This document shows positions 25,314-34,612 of a stretch of 34,664 bases of DNA, one piece after another; position 1 is the stretch's first letter; every line of letters starts with the position of its first letter. The notes under the pieces are model-generated. The model was not told where the DNA came from and searched no databases. It saw nothing but the letters and a program-made list of their open reading frames with translations. The stretch spans positions 1 to 34,664 of the forward strand of contig CAWJQC010000003.1 in the NCBI GenBank assembly GCA_963844965.1. Reading direction: 5' to 3'. The DNA is from an uncultured bacterium (GTDB taxonomy: Bacteria > Patescibacteriota > Minisyncoccia > UBA6257 > 2-01-FULL-56-20). A program made the position numbers and the translations under genes.

Positions 25314-25764
25314 TGAACAGCACTCCGTTCAGATGGTCCATTTCATGCTGAAAAACCCTGGCCAGAAGTCCCCAGGCCTTGATTTTGAGGCGCTTGCCGT
25401 TTTTATCGTAGCCGGAGAGGGTCACCCGCCCGGGGCGCTCAACCGCGCCGTAAGTCAAAGGAACGCTGAAGCACCCTTCTTCCAGCGGCACCTTTTCGCC
25501 GCTTGTTTTTTCTATCGCGGGGTTGAAAATGGCGTAGAACTTATTGCTGCCGTCGCGGTCAGGCACTTCGGCTACAAAAAATCTGAGATCAAGGCCGATC
25601 TGGTTCGCCGAAAGCCCGACGCCGCTTGCCGCGCGCATTTCTTTTTTCATGCGAGCAATAAGTTCGTTGATCTCTTTCTTTGTAAATTTATTGAAATCAA
25701 AATTTTCCGTCGCGCGTCTCAAGATTTTTTCGTCCTTTTTATTGTCGGTCCTCAAAATATTCAT
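25255..25764 (-). CDS. def: Peptide deformylase.
   Basis: 'GVGLSANQIG', 'EGCFSVP' and 'QHEMDHLNGVLFIDK'. The last ~15 aa (SNIRKYENVRKYEKG) are repeat-derived. Confidence 0.85.
   Translation of the reverse strand: MNILRTDNKKDEKILRRATENFDFNKFTKKEINELIARMKKEMRAASGVGLSANQIGLDLRFFVAEVPDRDGSNKFYAIFNPAIEKTSGEKVPLEEGCFSVPLTYGAVERPGRVTLSGYDKNGKRLKIKAWGLLARVFQHEMDHLNGVLFIDKASNIRKYENVRKYEKG
25260..25297. repeat. TTTTCGTA x4-5 array (the reverse complement of the TACGAAAA array).
   Basis: Seen directly. It overlaps the def 3' end and the GxxExxY 5' end. Confidence 0.8.
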
Positions 25765-26096
25765 AATAAACGGTTTTTGGCGCGATTTCCGCGCTTTTGT
25801 TTTTTGGTTGGCTTTCGTTTCAGCCAGGCCTTAGCCTCTTTTTCGGTTTTGAGAAGCGCGGCCATGAAATATGCGCCCTTATTTTTTATGTTCTCACGGG
25901 AGGCGACATCGGCAGCGAGCCACTCCAACTTTGCCGGGTTGCCTTCCTTCGCCAGTTTCATGTAGAGCCCCTTGTGTTTTCTGTCGTTCAATTCCTCGCC
26001 GATCCGCAAACCAGTGAGCTGGTGCTTCTTGTACACGTGCGACTTTTTCGCCCGTTCTTTGAGTTTTTTCAGGTATGCGTCTCGCACCGTGGTCAT
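25761..26096 (-). CDS. Hypothetical basic protein. Its TGA stop overlaps the def start as ATGA.
   Basis: ORF only, Lys/Arg-rich. The 4-bp overlap suggests an operon with def. Confidence 0.35.
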   Translation of the reverse strand: MTTVRDAYLKKLKERAKKSHVYKKHQLTGLRIGEELNDRKHKGLYMKLAKEGNPAKLEWLAADVASRENIKNKGAYFMAALLKTEKEAKAWLKRKPTKKQKRGNRAKNRLL

Positions 26097-26193
26097 AGAG
26101 CAATTCTAACCTATGGCTAGATAAATTCCCAGCCTTCATACATATAAAAACGGGCGCGCATTTGCGTCGCCCGTGATTGCGAATGCGAGCCGC

Positions 26194-26655
26194 TTATCTG
26201 GTAATTACTAAGGCTAGCTCGGTTTTCTGAAGAGATTCCGCACGAGTTTTGTTACGGTCTATGGGCGCTTGCAATTCCTGCCCCCTTTCGGCAAATACAA
26301 TCTGAGCTCCTTTTTTTAGCACCTCTTCCCACGTGCGCTCAGCTGGCACGCGTTTTTTCTTCCACGAGTCATCCCATGGCCCACTTTCTACGCTACCAAG
26401 GATGCGTTTTTTGGGGTCATTCCCAAAAACTCCGAACTCAAACGTAGCCATTGGTTTTCCTTCCAGCCAAAAAGAACACTCAGCGGTGTCTCCGTGCTTC
26501 TCAAATCTCAAACTCAATCCGTCGCCAATGATTTTTGCGAGCTTTGCGGCCCACGCTACGCACTTGTTGTAGAAATCAGCCTCGCCGCTTTCAAATCGGA
26601 GATTGGGTATCGATCGCAATGCTGAACTTAGATTCCGCCATGTACCCTCCTTCAT
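26194..26655 (-). CDS. Hypothetical protein.
   Basis: ORF with plausible composition. No family recognised. Confidence 0.35.
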   Translation of the reverse strand: MKEGTWRNLSSALRSIPNLRFESGEADFYNKCVAWAAKLAKIIGDGLSLRFEKHGDTAECSFWLEGKPMATFEFGVFGNDPKKRILGSVESGPWDDSWKKKRVPAERTWEEVLKKGAQIVFAERGQELQAPIDRNKTRAESLQKTELALVITR

Positions 26656-26765
26656 GCCGCTCGGTTTTATCCTGCGGCTTTGAAAGAACGGCTCTTAACC
26701 GGACAATCCAAAACCGCAACGCGAATTTTCTCGGTGAGCCGAATAGATGATAGATCGGCTGGAAT

Positions 26766-27410
26766 TTGAAGTCAAGGAACGCTTGGCTTACAATGAATTG
26801 GATGCGGAAGCGAGTTTTCGTCGCCTTGAATCTTGAAAAAAGTGCGCTCGACGCGATCGAGCGCCTTGTTGACGAGCTCCGGCCGAAATTCGGCGGCGTT
26901 CGGTTTGTCTCGCGCGAGAACTGGCACCTCACTGTTTCGTTCCTGGGTTATCAGGAGGAGGCCGATATTCCGTGCATTGTTGAGGCGATGAAGCAGGCCG
27001 CGAAGGATTTTGGCGGGCAGGAGATTGCGTTCAGGAAATTGCTTTACGGACCTCCGGGCCGCACGCCGCGTATGATTTGGCTTCTGGCGGACAGCGGTAT
27101 CTCGCGCAAACTTTCCGAGATGAAGACGGCGCTGGAAGATAATTTAGAGGAAGCGGGCATTCACTTTGGGCGGGAAGCCCGGCAGTTTACGGCCCACTTA
27201 ACCCTTGCCCGCCTAAATTTTCAAAATGAAAACTTTGGCGGGCGAGCCAGATTCGGCGATTTCGGCAGTGCCACGCCGCTACCGCCAATAGCGGGCGATG
27301 TAGACATCCGCTCCGTTGCCGACACGCTGGATCTGATGGAATCGGAATTAAAGCGTGGAGGGGCGGAATACATTGTTTTGCAGAGAATACCATTTACTGG
27401 GCGGTTGTAG
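26766..27410 (+). CDS. thpR: RNA 2',3'-cyclic phosphodiesterase (2H phosphoesterase, LigT/ThpR family).
   Basis: Two H-x-T-x motifs, 'WHLTVSFLG' and 'AHLTLARL'. The start is probably an internal Met near 26793. Confidence 0.7.
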   Translation: MKSRNAWLTMNWMRKRVFVALNLEKSALDAIERLVDELRPKFGGVRFVSRENWHLTVSFLGYQEEADIPCIVEAMKQAAKDFGGQEIAFRKLLYGPPGRTPRMIWLLADSGISRKLSEMKTALEDNLEEAGIHFGREARQFTAHLTLARLNFQNENFGGRARFGDFGSATPLPPIAGDVDIRSVADTLDLMESELKRGGAEYIVLQRIPFTGRL

Positions 27411-27418
27411 GTTGGTTA

Positions 27419-27500
27419 GCGGGTTAACGCGTTTAAAGAGTTAACGAGTTTAGAAATTCACAACCCGTTAACGCATTAACTCGTTAACTATATAATCGGT
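27419..27500. repeat. GGTTAACGCG ... GTTAACGAG ... CCCGTTAACGCATTAACTCGTTAAC palindromic repeats.
   Basis: Seen directly. Confidence 0.7.
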
Positions 27501-27543
27501 TAATAATTAACAAGGTGCGGGGGACTTCATTAAATCTACAAAA

Positions 27544-27552
27544 CTGTTAGAA
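27544..27552 (+). promoter_or_regulatory. TGTTAGAAT extended -10-like element about 20 nt upstream of the ctpA ATG.
   Basis: Exact 9-mer copy. Confidence 0.4.
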
Positions 27553-27571
27553 TATTAGTAATATCAATACC

Positions 27572-28792
27572 ATGAAAAAACGCATCCTTACGGTTGTGCT
27601 GGTCATAATTACTGTCGCCGCATTGCTTACGAGCGGGTTTATGCTGGGCTACAAACAGGGCAAGAAATTTCCCGAAACCATAGTGGTCAAAGGCGCGAGC
27701 GATCTGAATGGGGGGCAGCCGGGGGACGTGGACTTCGGAATTTTTTGGCAGGCATGGCAAACGATCAACGATTATTACCTGAACAGTAGCAGTACCTCAA
27801 GCGCGGACAAACTGCAGGGTTCCATCAACGGCCTGGTTAACTCTTTGGGCGATCCCTATTCGGAATATTTCGCTCCCAGCGAAAACCAAAAGTTCCAGCA
27901 GGATATTGAAGGCAACTTTGGCGGCATTGGCGCGGAACTCGGGATGAAAAACGACCAGCTCGTCGTTATCGCGCCCCTGAAAGACACTCCGGCGAGTGAG
28001 GCCGGTCTTCAGCCGAACGACCAAATTTTGGCGATAAATTCCTCATCCACCGAGGGTATCATCATTGACAGCGCCGTCAACTTAATCCGCGGTCCTGTAG
28101 GCACAAGCGTTACTTTGACGATAATGCGCGAGGGGTGGGATAAGCCGAAAGATTTCAAGATGACGAGGGCGAATATCACGGTACCGACACTTGACCTGGA
28201 AACGGTCGGCGGCGATATCGCGCACATATCGCTTCACCAGTTCAACGGCAATGCCGACGAGCAATTTTATGAGGCAGCGGCTAAAGCTCTCTCGCAGGGG
28301 GACAAAGGAATGATTCTGGACTTGCGGGACGACCCCGGCGGTTATTTGGAGGTGGCCGTTGACTTGGCCGGCTGGTTTCTTCCGCAAGGAACTTCTGTAG
28401 TAACCGAAGAGGGCAGAAGCATTCCCACGCAGAATTTTCGCGCCGAGGGCAACGCCGCCCTGAAGGACATGCCGGTGGTGGTCATTATAAACGGCGGTTC
28501 GGCCTCCGCTTCGGAGATTTTAGCCGGCGCGCTTCGCGACGAACGGCACATTGAGCTTGTCGGCGAAACAAGCTTCGGCAAAGGCACGGTTCAGCAGCTG
28601 GAAAATTTAAACGACGGCTCTTCCATAAAACTGACCGTGGCTCATTGGGTATTGCCATCCGGAAAAATATTGGAAAACGGCGGCCTGAAACCGGACGTTG
28701 AGGTTAAAATTACGGACGATGACATCGCCGCGAAGCGCGACCCACAGCTTCAAAAGGCGATAGAGGTTTTGCAATCGGAGATTGCGAAATAA
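27572..28792 (+). CDS. ctpA: Carboxyl-terminal processing protease (S41 peptidase) with an N-terminal TM anchor and a PDZ domain.
   Basis: 'FGGIGAELG', PDZ motif 'LQPNDQILAIN', 'DLRDDPGGYL' and 'NGGSASASEILAGALRD...GETSFGKGTVQ'. Confidence 0.85.
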   Translation: MKKRILTVVLVIITVAALLTSGFMLGYKQGKKFPETIVVKGASDLNGGQPGDVDFGIFWQAWQTINDYYLNSSSTSSADKLQGSINGLVNSLGDPYSEYFAPSENQKFQQDIEGNFGGIGAELGMKNDQLVVIAPLKDTPASEAGLQPNDQILAINSSSTEGIIIDSAVNLIRGPVGTSVTLTIMREGWDKPKDFKMTRANITVPTLDLETVGGDIAHISLHQFNGNADEQFYEAAAKALSQGDKGMILDLRDDPGGYLEVAVDLAGWFLPQGTSVVTEEGRSIPTQNFRAEGNAALKDMPVVVIINGGSASASEILAGALRDERHIELVGETSFGKGTVQQLENLNDGSSIKLTVAHWVLPSGKILENGGLKPDVEVKITDDDIAAKRDPQLQKAIEVLQSEIAK

Positions 28793-28796
28793 ATGA

Positions 28797-28887
28797 CTAA
28801 TTTCTAATTGACCTAATTACTCTAATGTTTTTAGAGATTTTGAGGTTGGGATTTATTTGGAAATTAGATATTAGAAATTAGGAATTT
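28797..28887. repeat. Cargo-less copy of the MITE-like inverted-repeat element (ctaatttctaattgacctaatt ... ggaaattagatattagaaattagg).
   Basis: Same arms as at 11584-11620 and 11863-11900. It fills the ctpA-rplI intergenic region. Confidence 0.6.
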
Positions 28888-28892
28888 AAACA

Positions 28893-29339
28893 ATGAAAGT
28901 CATCTTTCTCCAAGACGTTAAAAGTGTCGCGAAGCGTTATGACGTGAAGGACGTCGCCTCGGGCTACGCGCGCAACTTTTTGCTTCCGAAGAAACTTGCC
29001 GAGCAGGCAACGCCCGCGGCGCTCAAGGAGCTCGCCGCGCTTCGGGAAAAAGCCGCCGCAGAGGCCCATGAATTTGAGAAGCGCGTTGAAGAGTTAAAAA
29101 GAAAGATAGGCGGACAAGCGCTTGAGTTTTATCTCAAGGCCGACGAGAGCGGTTCTGTGTTCGGTTCGGTCAATAAAGAAGCGATTTTGAGCGCCTTGCG
29201 GGATTCCGGCTTGATCACCAAAGAGCGGGTAGAAATAAAACTTGAACGCCCGATCAAGGAGTTGGGCGAGTATAAAATTACGGTGCGCTTCAAAAACGGC
29301 GGCGAAGCCGAACTCAGAATTATCGTACGGCCCCAGTAG
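28893..29339 (+). CDS. rplI: Ribosomal protein L9.
   Basis: '[40 protein letters not shown]'. Confidence 0.9.
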   Translation: MKVIFLQDVKSVAKRYDVKDVASGYARNFLLPKKLAEQATPAALKELAALREKAAAEAHEFEKRVEELKRKIGGQALEFYLKADESGSVFGSVNKEAILSALRDSGLITKERVEIKLERPIKELGEYKITVRFKNGGEAELRIIVRPQ

Positions 29340-29353
29340 CAGAGCGAAGCACG

Positions 29354-29626
29354 CTACTGGACGCGCACAAGAGTAGCTTTCCTGCGATTGCCGTCAAAGT
29401 GAGTTCTGGTTTTCGTGAAGAACTTCACTACGCCGTTTTTCATGGCGTAGAGCGTGTCGTCGCCGGCGCGTTTCACATTCTGGCCGGGGACGTATTTTGT
29501 GCCACGCTGGCGGATGATAATTTCGCCGACCGATACCCTCTCACCGTCCTGAACTTTGACGCCGAGGCGCTTGGAAACCGAATCGCGTCCCAGCTTTGTT
29601 GAACCCAATGCTTTTGTATGTGCCAT
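29354..29626 (-). CDS. rpmA: Ribosomal protein L27.
   Basis: '[24 protein letters not shown]...[16 protein letters not shown]'. Confidence 0.9.
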   Translation of the reverse strand: MAHTKALGSTKLGRDSVSKRLGVKVQDGERVSVGEIIIRQRGTKYVPGQNVKRAGDDTLYAMKNGVVKFFTKTRTHFDGNRRKATLVRVQ

Positions 29627-29747
29627 TTTTGCCCAAGAGCGAAGCGATTGGCTGCAAAAATGAGCATCCCGCCGGAGCTTTTAGCGGAGGCGGGGAGCCA
29701 TTCCTTCGCGTATTTATTTCTATCAATTTTATGCTAAGATATGTGTA

Positions 29748-30467
29748 ATGTCAAATCCACAGAAACTTGTTATAGATATTGAGACCGTCGGCGAGGATTT
29801 TGATGCCCTTGACCGCGCAACGCAGGAGGTTTTGACGCGCTGGATAAAGAAGGAATCGGAAAACGAGGAAGAATTCAGGGTCGCGCTTGAGGAATTGAAA
29901 AACGGGCTCGGTTTCTCGCCGCTGACCGGCGAAGTCGTGGCGATCGGCGTTATGGATTATTACAAGAACGAGGGTGTCGTTTATTTCCAGGCGCCGGGTG
30001 AGAAAATCAAGGAGTCGTCGGAGGAGGGGATTACATTCAAGCCGATGGGCGAAAAAGAAATGCTTCAAAAATTCTGGGACGGCGCGACACATTATCAGCA
30101 TTTCATTACTTTCAACGGCCGCGGCTTTGATATCCCGTTCTTGATGGTCCGCTCGGCCATCCACGATATCCGGCCGACCAAAGACCTGATGCGCGGCCGT
30201 TATGTCTATCAGCACAATGCCGATGCGATTCATATAGACCTTTTGGACCAGCTTACTTTCTACGGAGCTGTCCGCCGGAAAGGCGGTTTGCACCTCTGGA
30301 GCCGCGCGTTCGGCATAGAAAGTCCCAAAGCCGGAGGCGTGACCGGCGACGATGTCGGGCGGTTGTTCAGGGAGAAAAAATATCTGGATATCGCTAAGTA
30401 CAACGTTGGCGATCTCCGTGCGACAAAAGCGCTTTACGAGAGGTGGGAAAAGTATTTGAATTTCTAA
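29748..30467 (+). CDS. Predicted 3'-5' exonuclease of the RNase-H-like / DnaQ superfamily (PolB-exonuclease-like).
   Basis: 'LVIDIETVG', 'FNGRGFDIPFL', 'HIDLLD' and a downstream 'Y...D' look like DEDD-type motifs. Confidence 0.5.
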   Translation: MSNPQKLVIDIETVGEDFDALDRATQEVLTRWIKKESENEEEFRVALEELKNGLGFSPLTGEVVAIGVMDYYKNEGVVYFQAPGEKIKESSEEGITFKPMGEKEMLQKFWDGATHYQHFITFNGRGFDIPFLMVRSAIHDIRPTKDLMRGRYVYQHNADAIHIDLLDQLTFYGAVRRKGGLHLWSRAFGIESPKAGGVTGDDVGRLFREKKYLDIAKYNVGDLRATKALYERWEKYLNF

Positions 30468-30498
30468 TTAATAATTTTTAATAGGCCTAATCAACGTG

Positions 30499-30639
30499 AT
30501 GGATTGGATTTTGAATCATAAAAAGGAAATCGTCTTTGCCATGATCATATTTTTAGTGGCGGTCTTAAGTTTCGGTTTGGGATATTTAGCGAACCGCGAA
30601 TACAATCATGCGCCGATAATCATTGAGCAGCGCCAATGA
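30499..30639 (+). CDS. Possible 46-aa small membrane protein.
   Basis: 'MDWILNHKKEIVFAMIIFLVAVLSFGLGYLANREYNHAPIIIEQRQ' has one TM segment. It ends just before a strong hairpin. Confidence 0.3.
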   Translation: MDWILNHKKEIVFAMIIFLVAVLSFGLGYLANREYNHAPIIIEQRQ

Positions 30640-30666
30640 AATTCCGGTCCGGCGCTACAAGCTGTG

Positions 30667-30703
30667 AAAACCGAAAGCCCGCCTTTAGGCGGGCTTTCGG
30701 TTT
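30667..30703. terminator. Bidirectional terminator hairpin (aaaaccgaaagcccgcc-ttta-ggcgggctttcggttt).
   Basis: 13-bp GC-rich stem flanked by A and T runs. The stop codon of the - strand gene sits in the loop. Confidence 0.65.
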
Positions 30704-31743
30704 AATGTCGCGTTGGGGTTCTGGTTTTTCTTTCCGTCATGTTCTTTTTGGGGATGCTGGTGGACGGCTGGTGGGTGAACGGCTGGTCTTTGTGTCGCGG
30801 CCGATTTTTCAGTCAGGAATACCGGTTTATACGCCGGAGTGACGGGAGCGTCCGCAGAGGGAACGGGACTGGTCGTCGCGCTCCCTGCTGGAGTCACGAC
30901 CGACCTGAGCGGCGAATAAACGGCTGGCGGCGGGGTTTGCGTCGGAAAAAGCGATTCCGCAGGCAACTCCACCGGTTCAAATGAAGGTTCGGGTTCGTCA
31001 ATAAGATGAGTGGCACCGGAAGATGTCGCTGCGCTCACCGCGGGCTCCTTCTCGTCTTTTCTCCAGAACGACAGTGTGATTATCGCGGCTCCGACGACGA
31101 GTATAACGATTGGCCAAGTGAGTTTATGATAGTCAAAACCTGCAGATGCTTGCGCGGTCTCTGGGGCGGCCCCGTTTTCGGCGGTCGGCTCGGCGGAGAT
31201 GGAGAGCGGTGTTCCTTCGGGATTTTCATTCATGGCGGTTGTCGGAGTTTCGTTTTGGCTGGCTGCTGGAATGGATTTTTCCGGCTGGCTGGCGATCGCG
31301 GGCGGCAGAGGCGCGGGATTTTGGACGACGGCCGCTCCTTCTTGCAGGGCGGCAAGTGTTCCGTTTATGAAGGTGAGGTTTGTTTTGATGACGTCCAGTG
31401 TCGCGCTGACCAAGGTCTTATCCCAGGGCAACGTTCCGGCGGCTAAGCTTTGCTTTATCTCGGTGAGCAGTCCCTGAAGCGCGTTGAGCGCGCTCGCCAA
31501 AGTCGCTGCGTCTTTCGGGTCTATTGGATTAAGTTGCCCTTCTTTCGCCGCAACCTGCTGCATTTCCAAAAGGACAGCGGTGAGGCTGTTAAGTTCTTCG
31601 TTCAGAATTGCTTTCTGCGCCGGGTCAATGGCCTGCACGTTTTGAGTCGCATCAGCGTGTGTAAGCGGCACCCTCGCGACAAAGTTAAAAACAATAATAA
31701 GCGTGATGACGCCAAAGAGAATTTTTTTCATAGTTTTAATCAA
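30685..31743 (-). CDS. Secreted/membrane protein with a signal peptide, a helical domain, a Pro/Thr-rich region and one TM.
   Basis: 'MKKILFGVITLIIVFNFVA' and the TM 'LTWPIVILVVGAAIITLSFW'. Confidence 0.45.
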   Translation of the reverse strand: MIKTMKKILFGVITLIIVFNFVARVPLTHADATQNVQAIDPAQKAILNEELNSLTAVLLEMQQVAAKEGQLNPIDPKDAATLASALNALQGLLTEIKQSLAAGTLPWDKTLVSATLDVIKTNLTFINGTLAALQEGAAVVQNPAPLPPAIASQPEKSIPAASQNETPTTAMNENPEGTPLSISAEPTAENGAAPETAQASAGFDYHKLTWPIVILVVGAAIITLSFWRKDEKEPAVSAATSSGATHLIDEPEPSFEPVELPAESLFPTQTPPPAVYSPLRSVVTPAGSATTSPVPSADAPVTPAYKPVFLTEKSAATQRPAVHPPAVHQHPQKEHDGKKNQNPNATLNRKPA

Positions 31744-31934
31744 TCAAACGGACTGACCTTTAATTGCCTTCTGTTCAGATATTCAAAGAGCTTGCCCCTG
31801 CAGCCGATTTTGATCGGTTTTCTGCGGGGCGTTCGGTTTTCAAATCAGCCGTCTCAATTATAGATGCAAGGCGTCTATAAATACAAGCGTGGCGGCGGTT
31901 ATCGGCCAACTGCCGTAAAATTCTCCATTTTCGG

Positions 31935-32276
31935 TCAGAAGGAGAGCTGATTCAGGGTGCCCAGCGATTCGTTCACGGAATCTAACATGATTTTCGCGGT
32001 CCAAATCGTTATGGCGAGCGAAATAATGGTCAGGACGAGCGCCGCAACGCCGATCTCTTTGGATTTTTTATCCGGCTGCCGCAGATACTTCCAAACGTAC
32101 CAGAGCCCTAACGGCGGCAGAAGCAAGCTCACGCCGTAAACAGTTATCTGTTTCAGTATTGAGATTGAAGGGGGATTATTCTTGAGAGCCATGCCGCATT
32201 TTGGGCAAAAGTTCGCCTCCGGCGGCAAAACCGTGAAGCACGACGGGCAAAATTTTTTAATTGGATTCTCCGGCAT
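31935..32276 (-). CDS. Zinc-ribbon domain membrane protein.
   Basis: 'CPSCFTVLPPEANFCPKCG' followed by two TM helices. Confidence 0.5.
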   Translation of the reverse strand: MPENPIKKFCPSCFTVLPPEANFCPKCGMALKNNPPSISILKQITVYGVSLLLPPLGLWYVWKYLRQPDKKSKEIGVAALVLTIISLAITIWTAKIMLDSVNESLGTLNQLSF

Positions 32277-32281
32277 ATTAG

Positions 32282-32833
32282 TTAGTTTTCTCTCTGTTGC
32301 GGCCAGTGCGAAGCCGTGTAGGAAGCGATCTCACTAAGCTTGAGCGGCGTCGTGACGTTGCCGGTGCGCACGTAAAAATGTTCGTTGTCGTCCATCTTGA
32401 GATAGACCGGTCGCGCGCTCGGCGCGACGTCAACCACGCAAATGTCCTGCCCTCCTACCGCGTTGAACCACAGCCGGACATGATGCCGCGCCTCCGGCCC
32501 GATCATTTTGTTGAAAACCTGGGTGAAGTGATTTTCAAATCCGTCGCTGTTTTGGCGGGGGAACGTCCGGTAATCGCATTCCAGGCCAAGCGGTTTCCGG
32601 TTGTTGTCCACGCCGAGCACGAGACGCCCGCCTTTTGAATTCAAAAAGGCGGCGACGGTCTTCATGGCCGCTTTCTCAATATTGGCGTTTACGTTATCGG
32701 TGTTGTAATCAAACCTCAATGACGATTTGAATTCCAGCTGTTCGTGCTCGTCTTCCGTGAGGAGGCGCGACAAGTCAGGTCTCTTGTCGGAGAAGGGGAG
32801 ATGGTGTTTCGTGATCCTGACGAATCTCCTCAT
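32282..32833 (-). CDS. AlbA_2 (Schlafen-like) domain protein. The start is taken as the internal Met, because the longer ORF to 32911 overlaps its neighbour.
   Basis: 'EQLEFKSSL', 'NIEKAAMKTVAAFLNSKGGRLVLGVDNNRKPLGL' and 'VDVAPSARPVYLKMDDNEHFYVRTGNVTTPL' match AlbA_2. Confidence 0.55.
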   Translation of the reverse strand: MRRFVRITKHHLPFSDKRPDLSRLLTEDEHEQLEFKSSLRFDYNTDNVNANIEKAAMKTVAAFLNSKGGRLVLGVDNNRKPLGLECDYRTFPRQNSDGFENHFTQVFNKMIGPEARHHVRLWFNAVGGQDICVVDVAPSARPVYLKMDDNEHFYVRTGNVTTPLKLSEIASYTASHWPQQREN

Positions 32834-33284
32834 AATGTTTCTTCGGGTAAGAAACGTCGGAGAGCGCGAGCGAGTTTTCCTTCCCGCCGTTGCCGATCGT
32901 GACCGTTCCATAATGGAGGAATTTTCCGAGCGGGCCCACGGAGAGCGTTACGGAGAGCGTTTCCCGCGGTATCACACCTTTTTCTTTCTTGAAAAACACG
33001 CCCCACTTGTGTGTGATCGCTTCCGGCTGGATAACATACGTTTCATAGTACCAGTGGAAGAATGCATAGATGGTTATGATAAGTTGGGCGCCGGAAAGAA
33101 AGAGAAATTTGGCGACCTGATAAGAGATCAAGGACGAAAAAATTGGCAGGTGTGTGTAGAGTTCGTATTTATAATATCCGAGTGTCGCGAGAAGAAAATA
33201 ACCAACGAACCCCAGGAATTCAATGATAATGAACGTGCGGATGAGCACTCTCGGGCTCCGCCTTATGGTTGTCGTACCGTCCAT
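32775..33284 (-). CDS. Membrane protein with 2 TM helices followed by a bacterial PH-like (bPH_2 / YdbT-like) domain.
   Basis: 'FIIIEFLGFVGYFLLATLGYY' and 'LIITIYAFFHWYY', then 'RETLSVTLSVGPLGKFLHYGTVTIGNGG'. Confidence 0.4.
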   Translation of the reverse strand: MDGTTTIRRSPRVLIRTFIIIEFLGFVGYFLLATLGYYKYELYTHLPIFSSLISYQVAKFLFLSGAQLIITIYAFFHWYYETYVIQPEAITHKWGVFFKKEKGVIPRETLSVTLSVGPLGKFLHYGTVTIGNGGKENSLALSDVSYPKKHYEEIRQDHETPSPLLRQET

Positions 33285-33573
33285 GCTTGATATGATTCAG
33301 TTTAAAGCAAACCCATTTTTTTGGCAAAATTGGCTGTGTGAACAAAAACCGGCTCAGATGGAAGCCGGTCAAATTTTCACGTAGATTTTCTTTTTGTCCA
33401 AGATCCAAGCCACAAAAAGGCAGGGGAAGACAACGCCGTTATTGCAACGGCCCAGCCGATGGCGAGAGACGGTGAAAAAACATTTTCAATGAGAAACGAT
33501 TCAAGCCCGCCTACCGATGTAAAGGATAGGTTTCTTTAGACAGTGATTCGACGGCTTTTTGCCGTTTTTTTCG

Positions 33574-34352
33574 TTAAGCCGCAATCTTCTCGGCAAACAC
33601 GGACGGCGGCATCTTGAGGGCGGAGTGGATCCGCGTGTGGTTGTACTGCCACAAGGTGCTGTAGATCTCCGCCACGAGCTCGCCGAAGGTCCCGAACCGG
33701 TTGGGATCACCGAGGTCAATCTTGAACTTGTCATAGAACGATTCCTGGTAGCCGTTTTCCCATCGGGCACCGGGCCGCGACCGCGAGATCGTGATGCCAC
33801 AGTCCCCCAGTGTATCGGTGAACGCTCGTGCCTTGTACTCGCTGCCGTTGTCCGAATGGAAGATGACCGGATGCGGATGGTGGAAAAGCGCGTTGGCCAG
33901 GGTCTGTATCGTGAGGGGCGATCCTTTCCGCAACGCCACATGGACGCCCATCAATCGTCTCGTGAAAAGATCGAGTATCGTGGACACGTACACTTTCTTG
34001 CCGCGATACAGGATCCGTGAAATCGGTTGCCCAGACGTGGTTCGCGTACGAGGGCATGATGGCAAGTAAGAGGTTCGGAAAGGCCCGCGATGCCTTTGAT
34101 TTCCGGTATTTCCTGCCTCGCCTCCGGTACGGCCTTATGCCGAAGATTCGCATGACGCGCTGCGCTCGCGGACGGCTCACGCCCAGAGCTTGTCCCAACG
34201 CCGGGAACCGTATGCCGGATGGCGCTGCAATTCTTCTTCGTTGCGGACCCTGAGCGCCCAATCTTTCTTGTCCTGCCGTGATACGTAGTAGAGCGATGCC
34301 CGCGGACGCCCATGGCCCGCGCCATGGCGGACTTGTTCCGCTTTTCCGTCAA
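33574..34352 (-). pseudogene. IS3-family transposase OrfB (DDE integrase core). Beyond the programmed -1 site it is split across three frames by two extra frameshifts.
   Basis: The 33951 frame reads 'AMARAMGVRGHRSTTYHGRTRK'. The 33731 frame reads 'LGVSRPRAQRVMRIFGIRPYRRRGRKYRKSK...PNLL...NHVWATDFT'. The 33574 frame reads 'YVSTILDLFTRR...HSDNGSEYKARAF...GITISRSRPGARWENGYQESFY...YNHTRIHSAL'. Confidence 0.65.
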
Positions 34353-34612
34353 TTCTTTTTTTGGGCCTGGGAGAGCTTCACGGTGAGCTCGCCCACCACT
34401 TCAAACAGCTCCCTGTTCTGCTTCTGGAGACGGCTGAACTCGCCCCAGGAAGGGATGCCGATGCTCCTGCGCCTAGCCAATTGTAGATGGTGGACTCGTG
34501 CAAACCGTGGTCCTTCACCGCCTGCGCTACGGGGACTCCTTCTTCCTTCACCCCGGCGGAGGATGTCCGCCTTCACTTCCTTCGCAATCCGATGCCCTTT
34601 TTTGTTGCTCAT
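34349..34612 (-). CDS. IS3-family transposase OrfA (HTH / leucine zipper).
   Basis: '...SWGEFSRLQKQNRELFEVVGELTVKLSQAQKKN', followed by the AAAAAAG frameshift site. Confidence 0.7.
   Translation of the reverse strand: MSNKKGHRIAKEVKADILRRGEGRRSPRSAGGEGPRFARVHHLQLARRRSIGIPSWGEFSRLQKQNRELFEVVGELTVKLSQAQKKN

Noticed and set aside
26656-26765. Searched intergenic regions (26100-26193, 26656-26765, 31744-31934, 33290-33573) for tRNA or other structured RNA genes.
   Set aside because: No cloverleaf-compatible sequence (GTTC-R-A T-loop with matching acceptor stem) or rRNA-like stretch was found. Only simple hairpins are present.
30636-30984. ORFs 30636-30842 and 30739-30984 on the + strand.
   Set aside because: They are antisense to the 3' end of the 30685-31743 gene. 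Gly/Arg/Trp-rich with no support.
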